This document shows positions 36,341 to 46,097 of a DNA stretch of 64,000 nucleotides, in pieces. The notes under the pieces were generated by a model. That model searched no databases. It had not been told where the DNA came from and saw nothing but the letters and a program-made list of their open reading frames with translations. The first letter of the stretch is position 1; every line of letters starts with the position of its first letter. The position numbers and the translations under genes are program-made. Source of the stretch: Eubacteriales bacterium (lineage in GTDB: Bacteria > Bacillota > Clostridia > Oscillospirales > SIG627); NCBI GenBank assembly GCA_045536965.1, contig JAZSON010000012.1, forward strand, positions 211,889 to 275,888. The letters run 5' to 3'.

Positions 36341-37354
36341 ATGATTGAAATTTCCGGATTAACCAAACGATATGGCAAAAAAACCGTTCTGGACCATATC
36401 AGTTTTTCGGTCAATGAAGGGGAGATCGTGGGCTTTCTCGGGCCAAACGGCGCAGGAAAATCCACCACAATGAATATTTTGGCAGGATATATTTCCTGTA
36501 ACGAAGGTTCAGCCAAAATCGGCGGGGTGGACATTCTTGAAAATCCCATTGAAGCCAAAAAGAAAATCGGTTATCTGCCTGAAAATCCCCCGCTCTATCC
36601 CGAAATGACGGTGCGGGAATATCTGACGTTTGTATATGGTCTGAAAAATTGCAAGCTTAACCGCGATCGGCATTTGGGCGAGATTGTAGCCGTCACCCGT
36701 TTGGATGACGTTTATGACCGCGCCATCGGAAATTTGTCGAAAGGTTATCGCCAACGTGTCGGTATTGCACAAGCGTTGATCGGCAATCCGCAGGTTCTTA
36801 TTTTTGACGAACCTACCATCGGTCTTGATCCCAAACAAATTATTGAGATCCGCAAATTGATCAAAGCGCTCGGAAAAGATCATACCATTCTTATTTCCTC
36901 TCATATTTTGACCGAGGTGCAAACCGTTTGCGACCGTGTGGTCATTTTGCACGAGGGTAAAGTGGTAGCCAACGATAAAACCGAAGACCTTTCCAAAATC
37001 GTCGATGTTCCAAAGCGCCTGATCGCAACCATCGCAGGTCCCAAAGCTGAAATTTTAAAAATGCTTAAAAACGGTCAAGGCATCCTTTATGCCGAGCACA
37101 TGGGTGAACGGGATGGAGGAAGCCATGCCTTTATGATCGAGGCACAACCCAATTTAGATATTCGCAAACCTCTTTTCTATGCTCTTTCCGAACAGGGTTG
37201 GCCGTTGCTCGGCTTAGAAGCTATGGGCATGACTTTGGAAGACGTATTTATTTATCTGACCTCAACCGCCAACGAGCGCACCCGTCTTCGCGCCGCCGCG
37301 GCAACCGTCACGGCCGATGAAGGAGAGGGAAAAAAGAAGGGAGGACGTAAATAA
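36341..37354 (+). CDS. ABC transporter ATP-binding protein (ABC-2/GldA-like subfamily)
   Basis: ORF track, 337 aa. Walker A GPNGAGKST, signature LSKGYRQRV, Walker B LIFDEPT. GGAGG RBS. Only 27 nt after aspS with no hairpin between. Confidence 0.9.
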   Translation: MIEISGLTKRYGKKTVLDHISFSVNEGEIVGFLGPNGAGKSTTMNILAGYISCNEGSAKIGGVDILENPIEAKKKIGYLPENPPLYPEMTVREYLTFVYGLKNCKLNRDRHLGEIVAVTRLDDVYDRAIGNLSKGYRQRVGIAQALIGNPQVLIFDEPTIGLDPKQIIEIRKLIKALGKDHTILISSHILTEVQTVCDRVVILHEGKVVANDKTEDLSKIVDVPKRLIATIAGPKAEILKMLKNGQGILYAEHMGERDGGSHAFMIEAQPNLDIRKPLFYALSEQGWPLLGLEAMGMTLEDVFIYLTSTANERTRLRAAAATVTADEGEGKKKGGRK

Positions 37355-38058
37355 TGTCTGCCATATACAAAAAGGAACTGCGTTCCTTTTTTATCACCCC
37401 CATCGGATACGTCTTTTTGATCGTCTTTTTAGCCGTTTCGGGCGGCATTTTTTCGGTTACCAATCTGCTTGCCACCACGACCGATACAGCTTCGTATTTT
37501 TCCGTTCTGCTCATCACCTTTATTATCCTGATTCCTTTGATCACCATGCGTTTGATGAGCGAAGAAAGAAAAACGCGAACCGAGCAGCTTCTGCTCACCG
37601 CGCCCGTCAGCCTATTCAGTGTGATTTTTGCTAAATTTCTGGCCGCTTATACCTTGTTTGCCGGCGCATATCTCATTTCCTGTCTCCATTTTATTACGCT
37701 GTATATGTTCGGCAATCCCAACACTTGGGTACTGATTTCTTCGTCGGTCGGCGTTTTGTTCGTGGGAGCCGCTTTCATTGCCATCGGTCTTTTTGTTTCC
37801 TGCCTGAGTGAAAACCAATTCGTTTCGGCTGTTTTCACCATTGCATCTCTTGCCGTCTTTTTAATTCTCAGCGTTGTTTCTGATAGCAGCACCAGTGCCA
37901 TTGTGCGTACTGTGTTAAAGTGGCTGTCGATTTATGACCGCTACTATGCCTTCTCGGCAGGTCTTTTCGATTTGACAGCTATTTTGTATTACAGTTCCAT
38001 TTGTATCGTGTTTTTATTCCTGTCGGTTCGCTTGTATGAAAAGCGCCGCTGGAGTTGA
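37354..38058 (+). CDS. ABC-2-type permease (GldF-like)
   Basis: ORF track, 234 aa with six hydrophobic segments. The start codon shares 1 nt with the last base of the ATPase stop codon. Confidence 0.8.
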   Translation: MSAIYKKELRSFFITPIGYVFLIVFLAVSGGIFSVTNLLATTTDTASYFSVLLITFIILIPLITMRLMSEERKTRTEQLLLTAPVSLFSVIFAKFLAAYTLFAGAYLISCLHFITLYMFGNPNTWVLISSSVGVLFVGAAFIAIGLFVSCLSENQFVSAVFTIASLAVFLILSVVSDSSTSAIVRTVLKWLSIYDRYYAFSAGLFDLTAILYYSSICIVFLFLSVRLYEKRRWS

Positions 38059-38076
38059 GAAAGGAGGAAATTTATC

Positions 38077-39723
38077 ATGAAAAAGAATATTTTTTCCGCC
38101 TTTTTAAAAGCAAAACAAACCAAATACGGTTCTTTTGCACTGGCTTTGACGATCGTTTTTATTGCAGTCATCTTGGCTGTCAATCTGGTTGCATCGGCTT
38201 TTCGAGATGAATACGGTCTGGTCATTGACGTCACCGCCGACCAGCTTTATACCGTTTCGGAAGAAAGCGTTGCGCTCATCGAACAGCAACTCAACGATCC
38301 TCGTTTCGAAAAAACACCCCCCCATATCATCATCACCTTCTTCATGCCGAAAATCAATCTCGAATCGGGTGAGGATTATCGTATGGTGCTCCGCAGCGCC
38401 CAACAATATGCCGATCTTTTCCCTGATTTGATTGACATTGTCTTTATTGACAGCATTGCTGAACCCGATAAGTTGATCCAACACCAAAAAACCTTTGAGG
38501 ATCTTGGTTATTCGCTATATTCTACCTCGGTTCTCATCGAATGCGATTTGGACGGGGATCAAAAATCCGACCGTTTCTCCACCTTTTACATTTCCTCTTG
38601 TTTCCGTATTAACGAGGAAACACAACAAGCCTACGCTTATCAGGGCGAGACGAAATTCACTTCGGCCATTTTGACACTGACCAGTGAAGACCGCCCCGTT
38701 GTCACCTTTACCCAAGGACACGGTGAACCCACCAAAGAAAAGCAAGCGCTCCTCGAGGAAATGTTTACAAACGCCGGATTTGTCGCCAAATATACCAATA
38801 CGCGCATGGAAGAAATTGACCCGAACACCCGTATTTTGGTAATCTATGCGCCGAAATCCGACTTTGCAGGTATCATGGACGGAGAAGATGCCGCAGGGGA
38901 TACCGAGATTAACCGCATATCCAACTTCTTGTCCCGCAACTTTGCCAACAATAAGAAAAACAGCGCTGTCATGGTGTTTATGGATGCCTCCACACCGACT
39001 CTTCCCGAATTGGATGCTCTCATTGAAAAGTGGGGTCTTTCCGTCAACCGTACCACCGTGTATGATCATGATAAATCCCTGCCCTACGGCCCCAACTATG
39101 TGGTAGCAGATTATATCGATGCCTACTACAACAGCGATTCGGACAAAGAGGAAGGCAAACCCGCGCAAAATCAGATCGCGCATTCCTTGGTTGATTCCCT
39201 TTCCACCTCGGAATCCTCTACGCCCGTAGTCTTTATCAACGGCGCTCCCATCATCGTTACCGATCGTTCGGTGGCCCATGAAAACTCGGAGTGGCACATT
39301 GAACCCGTCTTAACCACCTTCCCCTCTGCACAAATCAACAAGGTGGAAAACGGTGAAACGATTACCGTTAAAGGCACTTATAATTTAGCCGCTCTTTCAT
39401 CAAAAACCGAAATCGTAAACAATGAATATTACGATTATCACTTAATGGTGTTCGGTACTACCAATTATGCCGAAACCAAACTCATTGTCGACAATGCTTT
39501 TGCAAACGCCCCGTTTTTATATAAATCCATGAAAATTTTAGGCGATTTAAAATTGGTTGCCGTTGACATTGAAATTAAGCAGTTTGACGATACCGCCTTT
39601 GAAAATGCCGAAGATATGACAAACGAAAACTGGAAAAGCTGGCTGATTCGTTTGACCTGTGCCATGCCGGGTGCCGTCTGTCTTCTCGGACTTGCCGTCT
39701 GGGTACGGAGGAGGTATCTGTAA
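38077..39723 (+). CDS. GldG-family ABC-transporter auxiliary protein
   Basis: ORF track, 548 aa. One N-terminal and one C-terminal TM flank a large extracytoplasmic domain. Its position after an ABC-2 ATPase and permease is typical of GldG-like proteins. Confidence 0.6.
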   Translation: MKKNIFSAFLKAKQTKYGSFALALTIVFIAVILAVNLVASAFRDEYGLVIDVTADQLYTVSEESVALIEQQLNDPRFEKTPPHIIITFFMPKINLESGEDYRMVLRSAQQYADLFPDLIDIVFIDSIAEPDKLIQHQKTFEDLGYSLYSTSVLIECDLDGDQKSDRFSTFYISSCFRINEETQQAYAYQGETKFTSAILTLTSEDRPVVTFTQGHGEPTKEKQALLEEMFTNAGFVAKYTNTRMEEIDPNTRILVIYAPKSDFAGIMDGEDAAGDTEINRISNFLSRNFANNKKNSAVMVFMDASTPTLPELDALIEKWGLSVNRTTVYDHDKSLPYGPNYVVADYIDAYYNSDSDKEEGKPAQNQIAHSLVDSLSTSESSTPVVFINGAPIIVTDRSVAHENSEWHIEPVLTTFPSAQINKVENGETITVKGTYNLAALSSKTEIVNNEYYDYHLMVFGTTNYAETKLIVDNAFANAPFLYKSMKILGDLKLVAVDIEIKQFDDTAFENAEDMTNENWKSWLIRLTCAMPGAVCLLGLAVWVRRRYL

Positions 39724-41318
39724 TGCCCGAAAAAAAAGAAAAAACCCTACTTGCCAAACAACGACAATGGATCTTTGTCTGTTTAGTTCTCTGTGCCGTT
39801 CTCTTTCCCGCGCTATTTATCGTCAATATCATCTTTGAGGACAGTGCACAAGAAACCACAAAACCCACCGTCGGTCCGCACGGCGAGATGCTTTCGGCTG
39901 ATGGTCTGCCCTTCATTTTCAATCCTGTTGAAAAAGAAAACATCGAAGAAATCATTATTGATAATCAACACGGTACTACTCGGATTTATCGAGGCGATGA
40001 CGGTGATTTGTATGTTGACGGCGCCGAGGATCTTTATTACAATGCCGAAAAAATGGCCCAGCTCTACGTAAACTGCCGTTATATGCTCTCCTATGGAGAA
40101 GCTGAAAATGCCGATACGACAAACTTTGAGATGTACGGACTTTCGGATGAGCACTATCAGGCAAAAGTGCGATTAACGGCTCGAAACGGCGATGTTTTTG
40201 TCGTTTATATCGGTGACTATTTGTCTGTTTACAATGCTTATTATGCACGCTTAGAAGGCCGTGACGCCATTTATTTATTGGATGCTACCATCAAAGAAGA
40301 TCTTTTGGCCGATATTAAAGATGTTTTTTCCCCCATTTTGACAACAGGGACGGACACCAATACCTATTATTTGGTCGACAATTTCCAAATAAAGCACAAC
40401 GGCAGCAGTTTTATTGAAATTAAAACATTCACCGAAGCCGCCGACAAAACCGATCCCGAAGCCATTGTTGAATACAGCATTCAATATCCCACAAAATATA
40501 TTCCCTCTTCTGAACGGTATGACGCCGTTTTACAAGCGCTTATTTCTCTGCAAGGGGAAAAAGTACTGGAATATAATTTGGATGAATTGGATGAAACGGC
40601 GCTTCATACCAAATTAGAGGAATATGGATTTTTTGACAAAGAAACAGGGGAATACTGTCACGAATTAAGCTATGATTTCAAAGAGAAAAAAACTACTCTT
40701 TATTTCAGCGCTGTTTATAAGGACGAAAAAGATGTTGCCTACTACAATGTCTATTCTCCCGCATTCCATATTATTGTCAATATCCGCGCCGAGGCTTTTC
40801 CCTACTTGACTTGGGGAATGCTCAATTTTGTGGAAGGCCGCTTTATGATGGCAACCATCACCGATTTTGATACTATTTTATTTGAATCCAAAGCCGTCAC
40901 GGCCAACTTCCGCATCCATGCCAAGAAAGATGAAAAAGACCGTCTGATTGTGGATTATGTGGAAGTGCTTTCCTCCAATGTCCCGATAGCCGAAGGATCC
41001 AGCGATATGCGTGTGGGCCGTTTTGACGAAACCAATACCCTTAACTTCCAGCGATTGTACACGGGTACCTTATATATGTCCATTTATGACTATGGTACCA
41101 TGCCGGAAAACACCGAGCCCATGCTGACCATCACCCGTACCACGCGAGAAGGAGAAGAAACCGTATACCGTTTCTATCGTTCTTCCTCCCTTTACTGTTT
41201 TTTCACAGTTAACGGTGTCGGTGAATTCTGCGTTAGTTACGACTATGTACAAAAGATCATCAGTAATACCAGAAAGGTCATGTACAGCGAATTGGTCGAT
41301 TACGGTAATTTAGACTAA
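39723..41318 (+). CDS. DUF4340-like membrane-anchored protein
   Basis: ORF track, 531 aa. Single N-terminal TM (IFVCLVLCAVLFPALFIVNIIF). Overlapping start with the GldG-like gene. In my recollection DUF4340 is the usual fourth member of such modules. Confidence 0.5.
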   Translation: MPEKKEKTLLAKQRQWIFVCLVLCAVLFPALFIVNIIFEDSAQETTKPTVGPHGEMLSADGLPFIFNPVEKENIEEIIIDNQHGTTRIYRGDDGDLYVDGAEDLYYNAEKMAQLYVNCRYMLSYGEAENADTTNFEMYGLSDEHYQAKVRLTARNGDVFVVYIGDYLSVYNAYYARLEGRDAIYLLDATIKEDLLADIKDVFSPILTTGTDTNTYYLVDNFQIKHNGSSFIEIKTFTEAADKTDPEAIVEYSIQYPTKYIPSSERYDAVLQALISLQGEKVLEYNLDELDETALHTKLEEYGFFDKETGEYCHELSYDFKEKKTTLYFSAVYKDEKDVAYYNVYSPAFHIIVNIRAEAFPYLTWGMLNFVEGRFMMATITDFDTILFESKAVTANFRIHAKKDEKDRLIVDYVEVLSSNVPIAEGSSDMRVGRFDETNTLNFQRLYTGTLYMSIYDYGTMPENTEPMLTITRTTREGEETVYRFYRSSSLYCFFTVNGVGEFCVSYDYVQKIISNTRKVMYSELVDYGNLD

Positions 41319-41325
41319 AAAACAC

Positions 41326-41355
41326 AAAAAAGAGTGGAGAAATCCACTCTTTTTT
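41326..41355. terminator. Bidirectional terminator between the ABC module and the convergent ddl operon
   Basis: aaaaaagagtgga / tccactctttttt stem with a 4-nt loop. Confidence 0.75.
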
Positions 41356-41358
41356 GTT

Positions 41359-41955
41359 TTAATCTTGCGGAAATATTTGTATGTACAATTCGTTTTTTTC
41401 GACGACCGAACCACCGATTTCCAAATCATACAAAACCGAAAAATTGCCTTCATCCTCACGGAATAAATATGCAAGAGACAAGGTATGCAACACCACGGGA
41501 CGATCCATCCAATGAGAAACCGTATGCTTTTTTCCTTGTTCAAAAACGAGAAAATCCCGCACTTCTTTTCCGACTGAACAGAGCAAAACAGCGATTCCCT
41601 CGCCATTGACCGAAAGTTTGACTGTTTGCTTCGTGTTCTCTTCGGCAATTATAAATTCCTCGTATTCCAGTTCTACACTTTTTTCAGATGCTGCAAATGT
41701 GCCAGAAGTGGTTAACTCCACAGGAGCATCTGCACCTGTCAAACGATCAAAAATTTGCGTCAACTGCTGCATTGCGCCATCGGCATCTTCGGGTACTTCA
41801 TCTACAGAGAAGCGTTCAAAACGTTCTCGCAGTTGCATTTCTCCCTTTTCATTTAAGCAAATCAGGGACTCGTTTTCTTTTTCCTTTTCAAAACAGGAAA
41901 AAAGAATGGTTTTCTTGACCCGAACTTGTACGGGAAGTTTCTTTAATTTTTGCAT
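41359..41955 (-). CDS. Hypothetical protein, possibly a DUF1934-like beta-barrel
   Basis: ORF track, 198 aa. Overlaps the ddl stop by 13 nt and so is co-transcribed. The C-terminal pattern FSVLYDLEIGGSVVEKNELYIQI resembles DUF1934/YwiB ends. Weak assignment. Confidence 0.4.
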   Translation of the reverse strand: MQKLKKLPVQVRVKKTILFSCFEKEKENESLICLNEKGEMQLRERFERFSVDEVPEDADGAMQQLTQIFDRLTGADAPVELTTSGTFAASEKSVELEYEEFIIAEENTKQTVKLSVNGEGIAVLLCSVGKEVRDFLVFEQGKKHTVSHWMDRPVVLHTLSLAYLFREDEGNFSVLYDLEIGGSVVEKNELYIQIFPQD

Positions 41956-43016
41956 GCTTGATCCACTAAAATATCAAGTAAAGCAGTATAAGGAATGCCG
42001 CTTTGTGCAAACATTTTCGGATACATACTGGTGGAAGTAAAGCCGGGAATGGCATTGATCTCGTTGAAAATAATCTCTTCTCCCACTAAGAAAAAGTCGG
42101 CGCGAGAAAAACCGCGGCAATCAAGAGCGCGGAAAATACCTGTCGCGGCATCGGCAATTTTTTTCTGCATACCTTCGGGCAGGGGAGCGGGAATAATCAA
42201 CTTTGTTGAAGAATCGATATATTTAGCATCATAATCGTAAAATCCGCTCGGCGAACAAATTTCTCCGCAACAGGAGGTGAGGATTTCTCCGTTCATTTCC
42301 AAAAGACCAATTTCAATCTCACGACCGACAACCCCTTGTTCCACAACGATTTTTTCATCATAACAAAAGGCCTCTTCGATGGCTTTGGAAAGATCGGAAA
42401 CTTTGTTTACCTTGGTGATACCATTGGAAGAACCTGCATTGGCAGGTTTAATAAACAGTGGAAATTGTAGTTCACAAGAAGCTTTAATGACACCCTCGGG
42501 ATCGGATAAAAATTCACTCTTAACAAATTTTTTCCAAGGTGTTTGACAAAAACCGCACATATCCAAAATGGCTTTGGTGACGGCTTTATCCATCGTCATA
42601 GCCGCGGCGCGGGTGCGGCAACCCACATAAGGAACACCTGAAAGCTCCAAAAGTCCTTGCATGACACCATCTTCTCCGTTTTTACCATGGAGAACAGGGA
42701 AAATGCAATCCAGCTTGAAAATTTTATATGTTTGTTCTGCTTTATTTAAAATTAAAAGCCCGTGATGCGCAGGACAAGGAGATAAAACGGCAGGAACAAG
42801 ATGCTCAACATCGGTTTCCCACTTTAAAGATGCAACATCTTCTGCCTCTCCCGTATAAACCCACCATCTGCCGTCTTTTAAAATGCCGATTTTCACAATT
42901 TCATACCGTTCGGGGTCTAAATGCTGCATGACCGAAGCCGCTGAAATACAAGAGACTTCGTATTCGGGGGAATCTCCTCCGAAAATCACGCCGATTTTTA
43001 TTTTTTCTTGTGACAT
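41943..43016 (-). CDS. ddl: D-alanine--D-alanine ligase
   Basis: ORF track, 357 aa. IGVIFGGDSPEYEVS, HGKNGEDGVMQGLLELSGVPYVG, and ATP-grasp C-terminal blocks. Confidence 0.9.
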   Translation of the reverse strand: MSQEKIKIGVIFGGDSPEYEVSCISAASVMQHLDPERYEIVKIGILKDGRWWVYTGEAEDVASLKWETDVEHLVPAVLSPCPAHHGLLILNKAEQTYKIFKLDCIFPVLHGKNGEDGVMQGLLELSGVPYVGCRTRAAAMTMDKAVTKAILDMCGFCQTPWKKFVKSEFLSDPEGVIKASCELQFPLFIKPANAGSSNGITKVNKVSDLSKAIEEAFCYDEKIVVEQGVVGREIEIGLLEMNGEILTSCCGEICSPSGFYDYDAKYIDSSTKLIIPAPLPEGMQKKIADAATGIFRALDCRGFSRADFFLVGEEIIFNEINAIPGFTSTSMYPKMFAQSGIPYTALLDILVDQACKN

Positions 43017-43233
43017 AGTGTGTTCTCTCCCTTACGATCTGTTTCTTTTATGATACCACACAAAGCATTTTAAATCAATTCTTTTTTGCCTAAAAATGCT
43101 CTTTTTGTTACCATAAAATCTTAGATAAAATATTAGGTTTATATTGCTTTTTTTCCACAAATATGTTAGTATAATATATATATATAATATATTATGCAGA
43201 TTCCTTGTTTTTGCAACGAAAAGGATGGATAAA
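43017..43233. other. AT-rich dnaA upstream region, possibly the left part of a bipartite oriC
   Basis: TTTTCCACA at 43151-43159 is one mismatch from the DnaA box TTATCCACA. There is a (TA)-rich tract at 43171-43197. The region lies between divergent ddl and dnaA. Confidence 0.35.
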
Positions 43234-44586
43234 ATGGACTCATTACAGGAACTTTGGACACATTTTTTGTCTTCTCTTCTACAAAAGGAACTCGTTTCGG
43301 AAGACTCTTATCATTTATGGCTTGAAAATCTTGAACTGAAGGAATTAACTGCTTCGGAAGCGGTTGTCTATGTGCCGCAATCTTTTAAAATCAATATTTT
43401 AAAAGAACTTTATACCGAGCTTTTGCAAACACATTTTTCCTCGTTTTTAGGTTTCTCGGTCAAAATTATTTTTTCCAATGATTCGAATACTGCCAATAAA
43501 GCGCAAATATCCTCTCAAGAACCGATTGCGGAAGAAACTGCTTTCCGTCAACAAACTGCTTTGGATGTACCCATCGGACAAAATTATTCTTTTGATAACT
43601 TTATCGTTGGTTCTACAAACCGTATTGCCTATTCCGCTTGTATTGCCGTTGCAAACCGAACGGTACAAGGATACAATCCTTTGTTGATTCACGGCGATTC
43701 GGGTCTGGGTAAAACGCATCTGTTATTTGCCATCACCAATCATATCTATAAAAAAGATCCAACCGCAAAAATTCTTTATGTACGCGGCGAAGATTTCACC
43801 AATGAACTTGTCAATATTTTAACCCAGAAAAAACCAATGCAATATTTCCGCGATAAGTATCGCTCGGTGGATGTGCTTTTAATCGATGATATTCAGTTTA
43901 TTGCAGGAAAAGCCGCTACCCAAGAAGAATTTTTCCATACATTCAATGCTTTATATGACGATAACAAGCAAATCATCTTAACCTCCGACCGACCGCCGAA
44001 GGAAATGAAAACACTGGAAGATCGTCTTTTGACCCGTTTTGAAGGCGGTTTGATTATTGATATTCAGCCGCCCGATTTAGAGCTTCGTATCGCGATCTTA
44101 AAGAAAAAGGCAGAACAACTCGGTATTGCCGTTCCCAACGATGTCTTATTCTTCCTTGCCGACCGCATCAAAAGCAATATCCGTACCATTGAGGGTGTCA
44201 TCAAAAAACTCAATGCGTACAGCTTCTTGGAAAACGGCGTGATTGATATGGACTTAGCAAAACGTTGTGTTGCCGATTTACTTGAGCGTCCCGCATCCGT
44301 GTTGACACGGGTAGAAAAAATCTACCAGATCGTATCCCAAAAATATAATATACCCGTTGAAGATATTAAAAGTTCCAAGCAGGTCAAAGATATCTCTTTT
44401 GCTCGTCAAGTTGTGATGCTTTTAATGCGAAGAGTGACTGAACTTTCATTGGAAGAAATCGGAAAAATGAATGGAAAACATCATTCGACCGTTATGTACG
44501 CCATTGAAAAATTAGAAGAGCGAATGAAAACCAATCCTGCCTTTGAATTTGAGATTTTGGAAATGGAAAGAGAACTCAGACAGTAA
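43234..44586 (+). CDS. dnaA: Chromosomal replication initiator protein DnaA
   Basis: ORF track 43144..44586. Start placed at ATG 43234 (AAAGGA 8 nt upstream); ATG 43225 is also possible. Walker A GDSGLGKTHL, LLIDDIQF, and C-terminal GKHHSTVMYA DNA-binding signature. Confidence 0.95.
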   Translation: MDSLQELWTHFLSSLLQKELVSEDSYHLWLENLELKELTASEAVVYVPQSFKINILKELYTELLQTHFSSFLGFSVKIIFSNDSNTANKAQISSQEPIAEETAFRQQTALDVPIGQNYSFDNFIVGSTNRIAYSACIAVANRTVQGYNPLLIHGDSGLGKTHLLFAITNHIYKKDPTAKILYVRGEDFTNELVNILTQKKPMQYFRDKYRSVDVLLIDDIQFIAGKAATQEEFFHTFNALYDDNKQIILTSDRPPKEMKTLEDRLLTRFEGGLIIDIQPPDLELRIAILKKKAEQLGIAVPNDVLFFLADRIKSNIRTIEGVIKKLNAYSFLENGVIDMDLAKRCVADLLERPASVLTRVEKIYQIVSQKYNIPVEDIKSSKQVKDISFARQVVMLLMRRVTELSLEEIGKMNGKHHSTVMYAIEKLEERMKTNPAFEFEILEMERELRQ

Positions 44587-44984
44587 TCCACAAAGTTTTC
44601 CTTTATGTTTTTGCGTTCATCTTGACCATTATTTCACTTTTCAACAAATTGCACGATGATTTTATAAACACGATTTTGTGCATACATCGTTATGTTTACC
44701 GTCGAAAAAAGAGCTATAACATAACAAGTCATTTTAGTATTCCATAATCTTGTGCAAATGTGTAAGCTTTTCCACTTTTTAAAAAAGAGGAAAAATATTC
44801 CGAAATTTCTCCTTAATCTTTCATACGCCATATTTTGAAAATATTTTTTAAAAAATATCTTGATTTTGCTTCTTTTTGGTTTTTAATCAAAATCCACAAC
44901 CCCTAATACAACTACTACTGACTTATATTTTTTTAATATACACAAAACGTGAAAAAAACACTGAATACAGAAAGGATGTTTCTC
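44587..44984. other. Putative oriC core in the dnaA-dnaN intergenic region
   Basis: 398-bp AT-rich spacer. TAATCCACA at 44584-44592 has one mismatch to the DnaA box; 2-mismatch boxes include TTTTCCACT near 44768 and AAATCCACA near 44892. Perfect 18-bp AT palindrome ATATTTTTTAAAAAATAT at 44841-44858 lies within a candidate unwinding tract. Confidence 0.55.
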
Positions 44985-46097
44985 ATGTTTATCCGTGCTG
45001 AAAAATCTGCTTTACAAGAAGTTATCGCTCCCGCTCTTTGTGCTGTTTCCGGAAAATCTACCACTGCCGCTTTGGAATGCTTGATGCTTCGTGCCAATGA
45101 AAACGGTGTTCTGGAAATTACCGGTTATGATTTGAATAAAGGTATTAAATTACATTTACCTGTAACTGTCCTTGAACCCGGCGGGGTTTTGGTGAACGGT
45201 TCCCAATTAAATTCTTTCATTCGCAGTTTGCCTGACGGCGAAGTTTCCATTGCAACCGATGAAAGATTGATCACCACCATTTCCTGCAAAAAATCCAAAT
45301 TTGAATTGCACGGCATTGATATTGAAAGTTTTCCGACTCTTCCTGAATTGAGTGGCGAACAAAGTGTTGAAATTGAGCAAGGTCTTTTGAAAAAGATGTG
45401 CCAGCAAGTTATTTTCTCTGTCGCACAAGTTTCAACAAAACCCCATTTGACAGGTGTTTTGTTCGAAATTAAAAATAACCTTTGCCGCTTGGTTTCCTGT
45501 GACGGATACCGTTTGTCTATTCGCAACGAAAGCGCCTTTGCTTCTGAAGAAGAAATTTCGTTTATCGTTCCCGGTAAAACCATTAGCGAACTTGTTAAGC
45601 TGTTAAATGACAGTGAAGAAAAAGTTAAAATGGAATTGACTCGGAAATATATCATTTTCTCTTTTGAAGATATCGTATTTTTCTCACGTCTGATTGAAGA
45701 TAACTACACGGTATATCAAAAATCCATTCCTGCCGAATATCGCATCAGCGCAAAAATTACCCTTTCGGATGCCATTGAGAGTGTGGAACGTGCTTCCTTG
45801 GTTATTGATGAAAGAACAAAAAGTCCTTTAAAATGCACCTTGTCGCATGACGGATTCCAAATCAACTGTATCACGGCAAACGGTCGTGTGGATGAAGAAT
45901 TTTCTGTCGAATACAGCGGAGACGATCGCATTGAGATCGGTTTTAACTATCGTTTTCTTTTGGATGCTTTCCGTGGCGCAGGTATGAGCGGAGATACGGA
46001 AGTCATGCTGAAATTAAATTCGCCCACCTTACCGATGGTGGTATGTCCTGTGGATCATGAGGACTATCTCTACTTGGTATTGCCTATTCGTCTGTAA
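44985..46097 (+). CDS. dnaN: DNA polymerase III beta sliding clamp
   Basis: ORF track from GTG 44949. Start placed at ATG 44985 (AAAGGA 8 nt upstream). 370 aa; position after dnaA and typical MFIRAEKSALQEVI N-terminus. Confidence 0.9.
   Translation: MFIRAEKSALQEVIAPALCAVSGKSTTAALECLMLRANENGVLEITGYDLNKGIKLHLPVTVLEPGGVLVNGSQLNSFIRSLPDGEVSIATDERLITTISCKKSKFELHGIDIESFPTLPELSGEQSVEIEQGLLKKMCQQVIFSVAQVSTKPHLTGVLFEIKNNLCRLVSCDGYRLSIRNESAFASEEEISFIVPGKTISELVKLLNDSEEKVKMELTRKYIIFSFEDIVFFSRLIEDNYTVYQKSIPAEYRISAKITLSDAIESVERASLVIDERTKSPLKCTLSHDGFQINCITANGRVDEEFSVEYSGDDRIEIGFNYRFLLDAFRGAGMSGDTEVMLKLNSPTLPMVVCPVDHEDYLYLVLPIRL

Noticed and set aside
44634-44831. 65-aa minus-strand ORF within the dnaA-dnaN spacer.
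   Set aside because: It lies in the AT-rich putative oriC, has no RBS, and its composition reflects AT-rich DNA (F/K/I/Y/N-rich).
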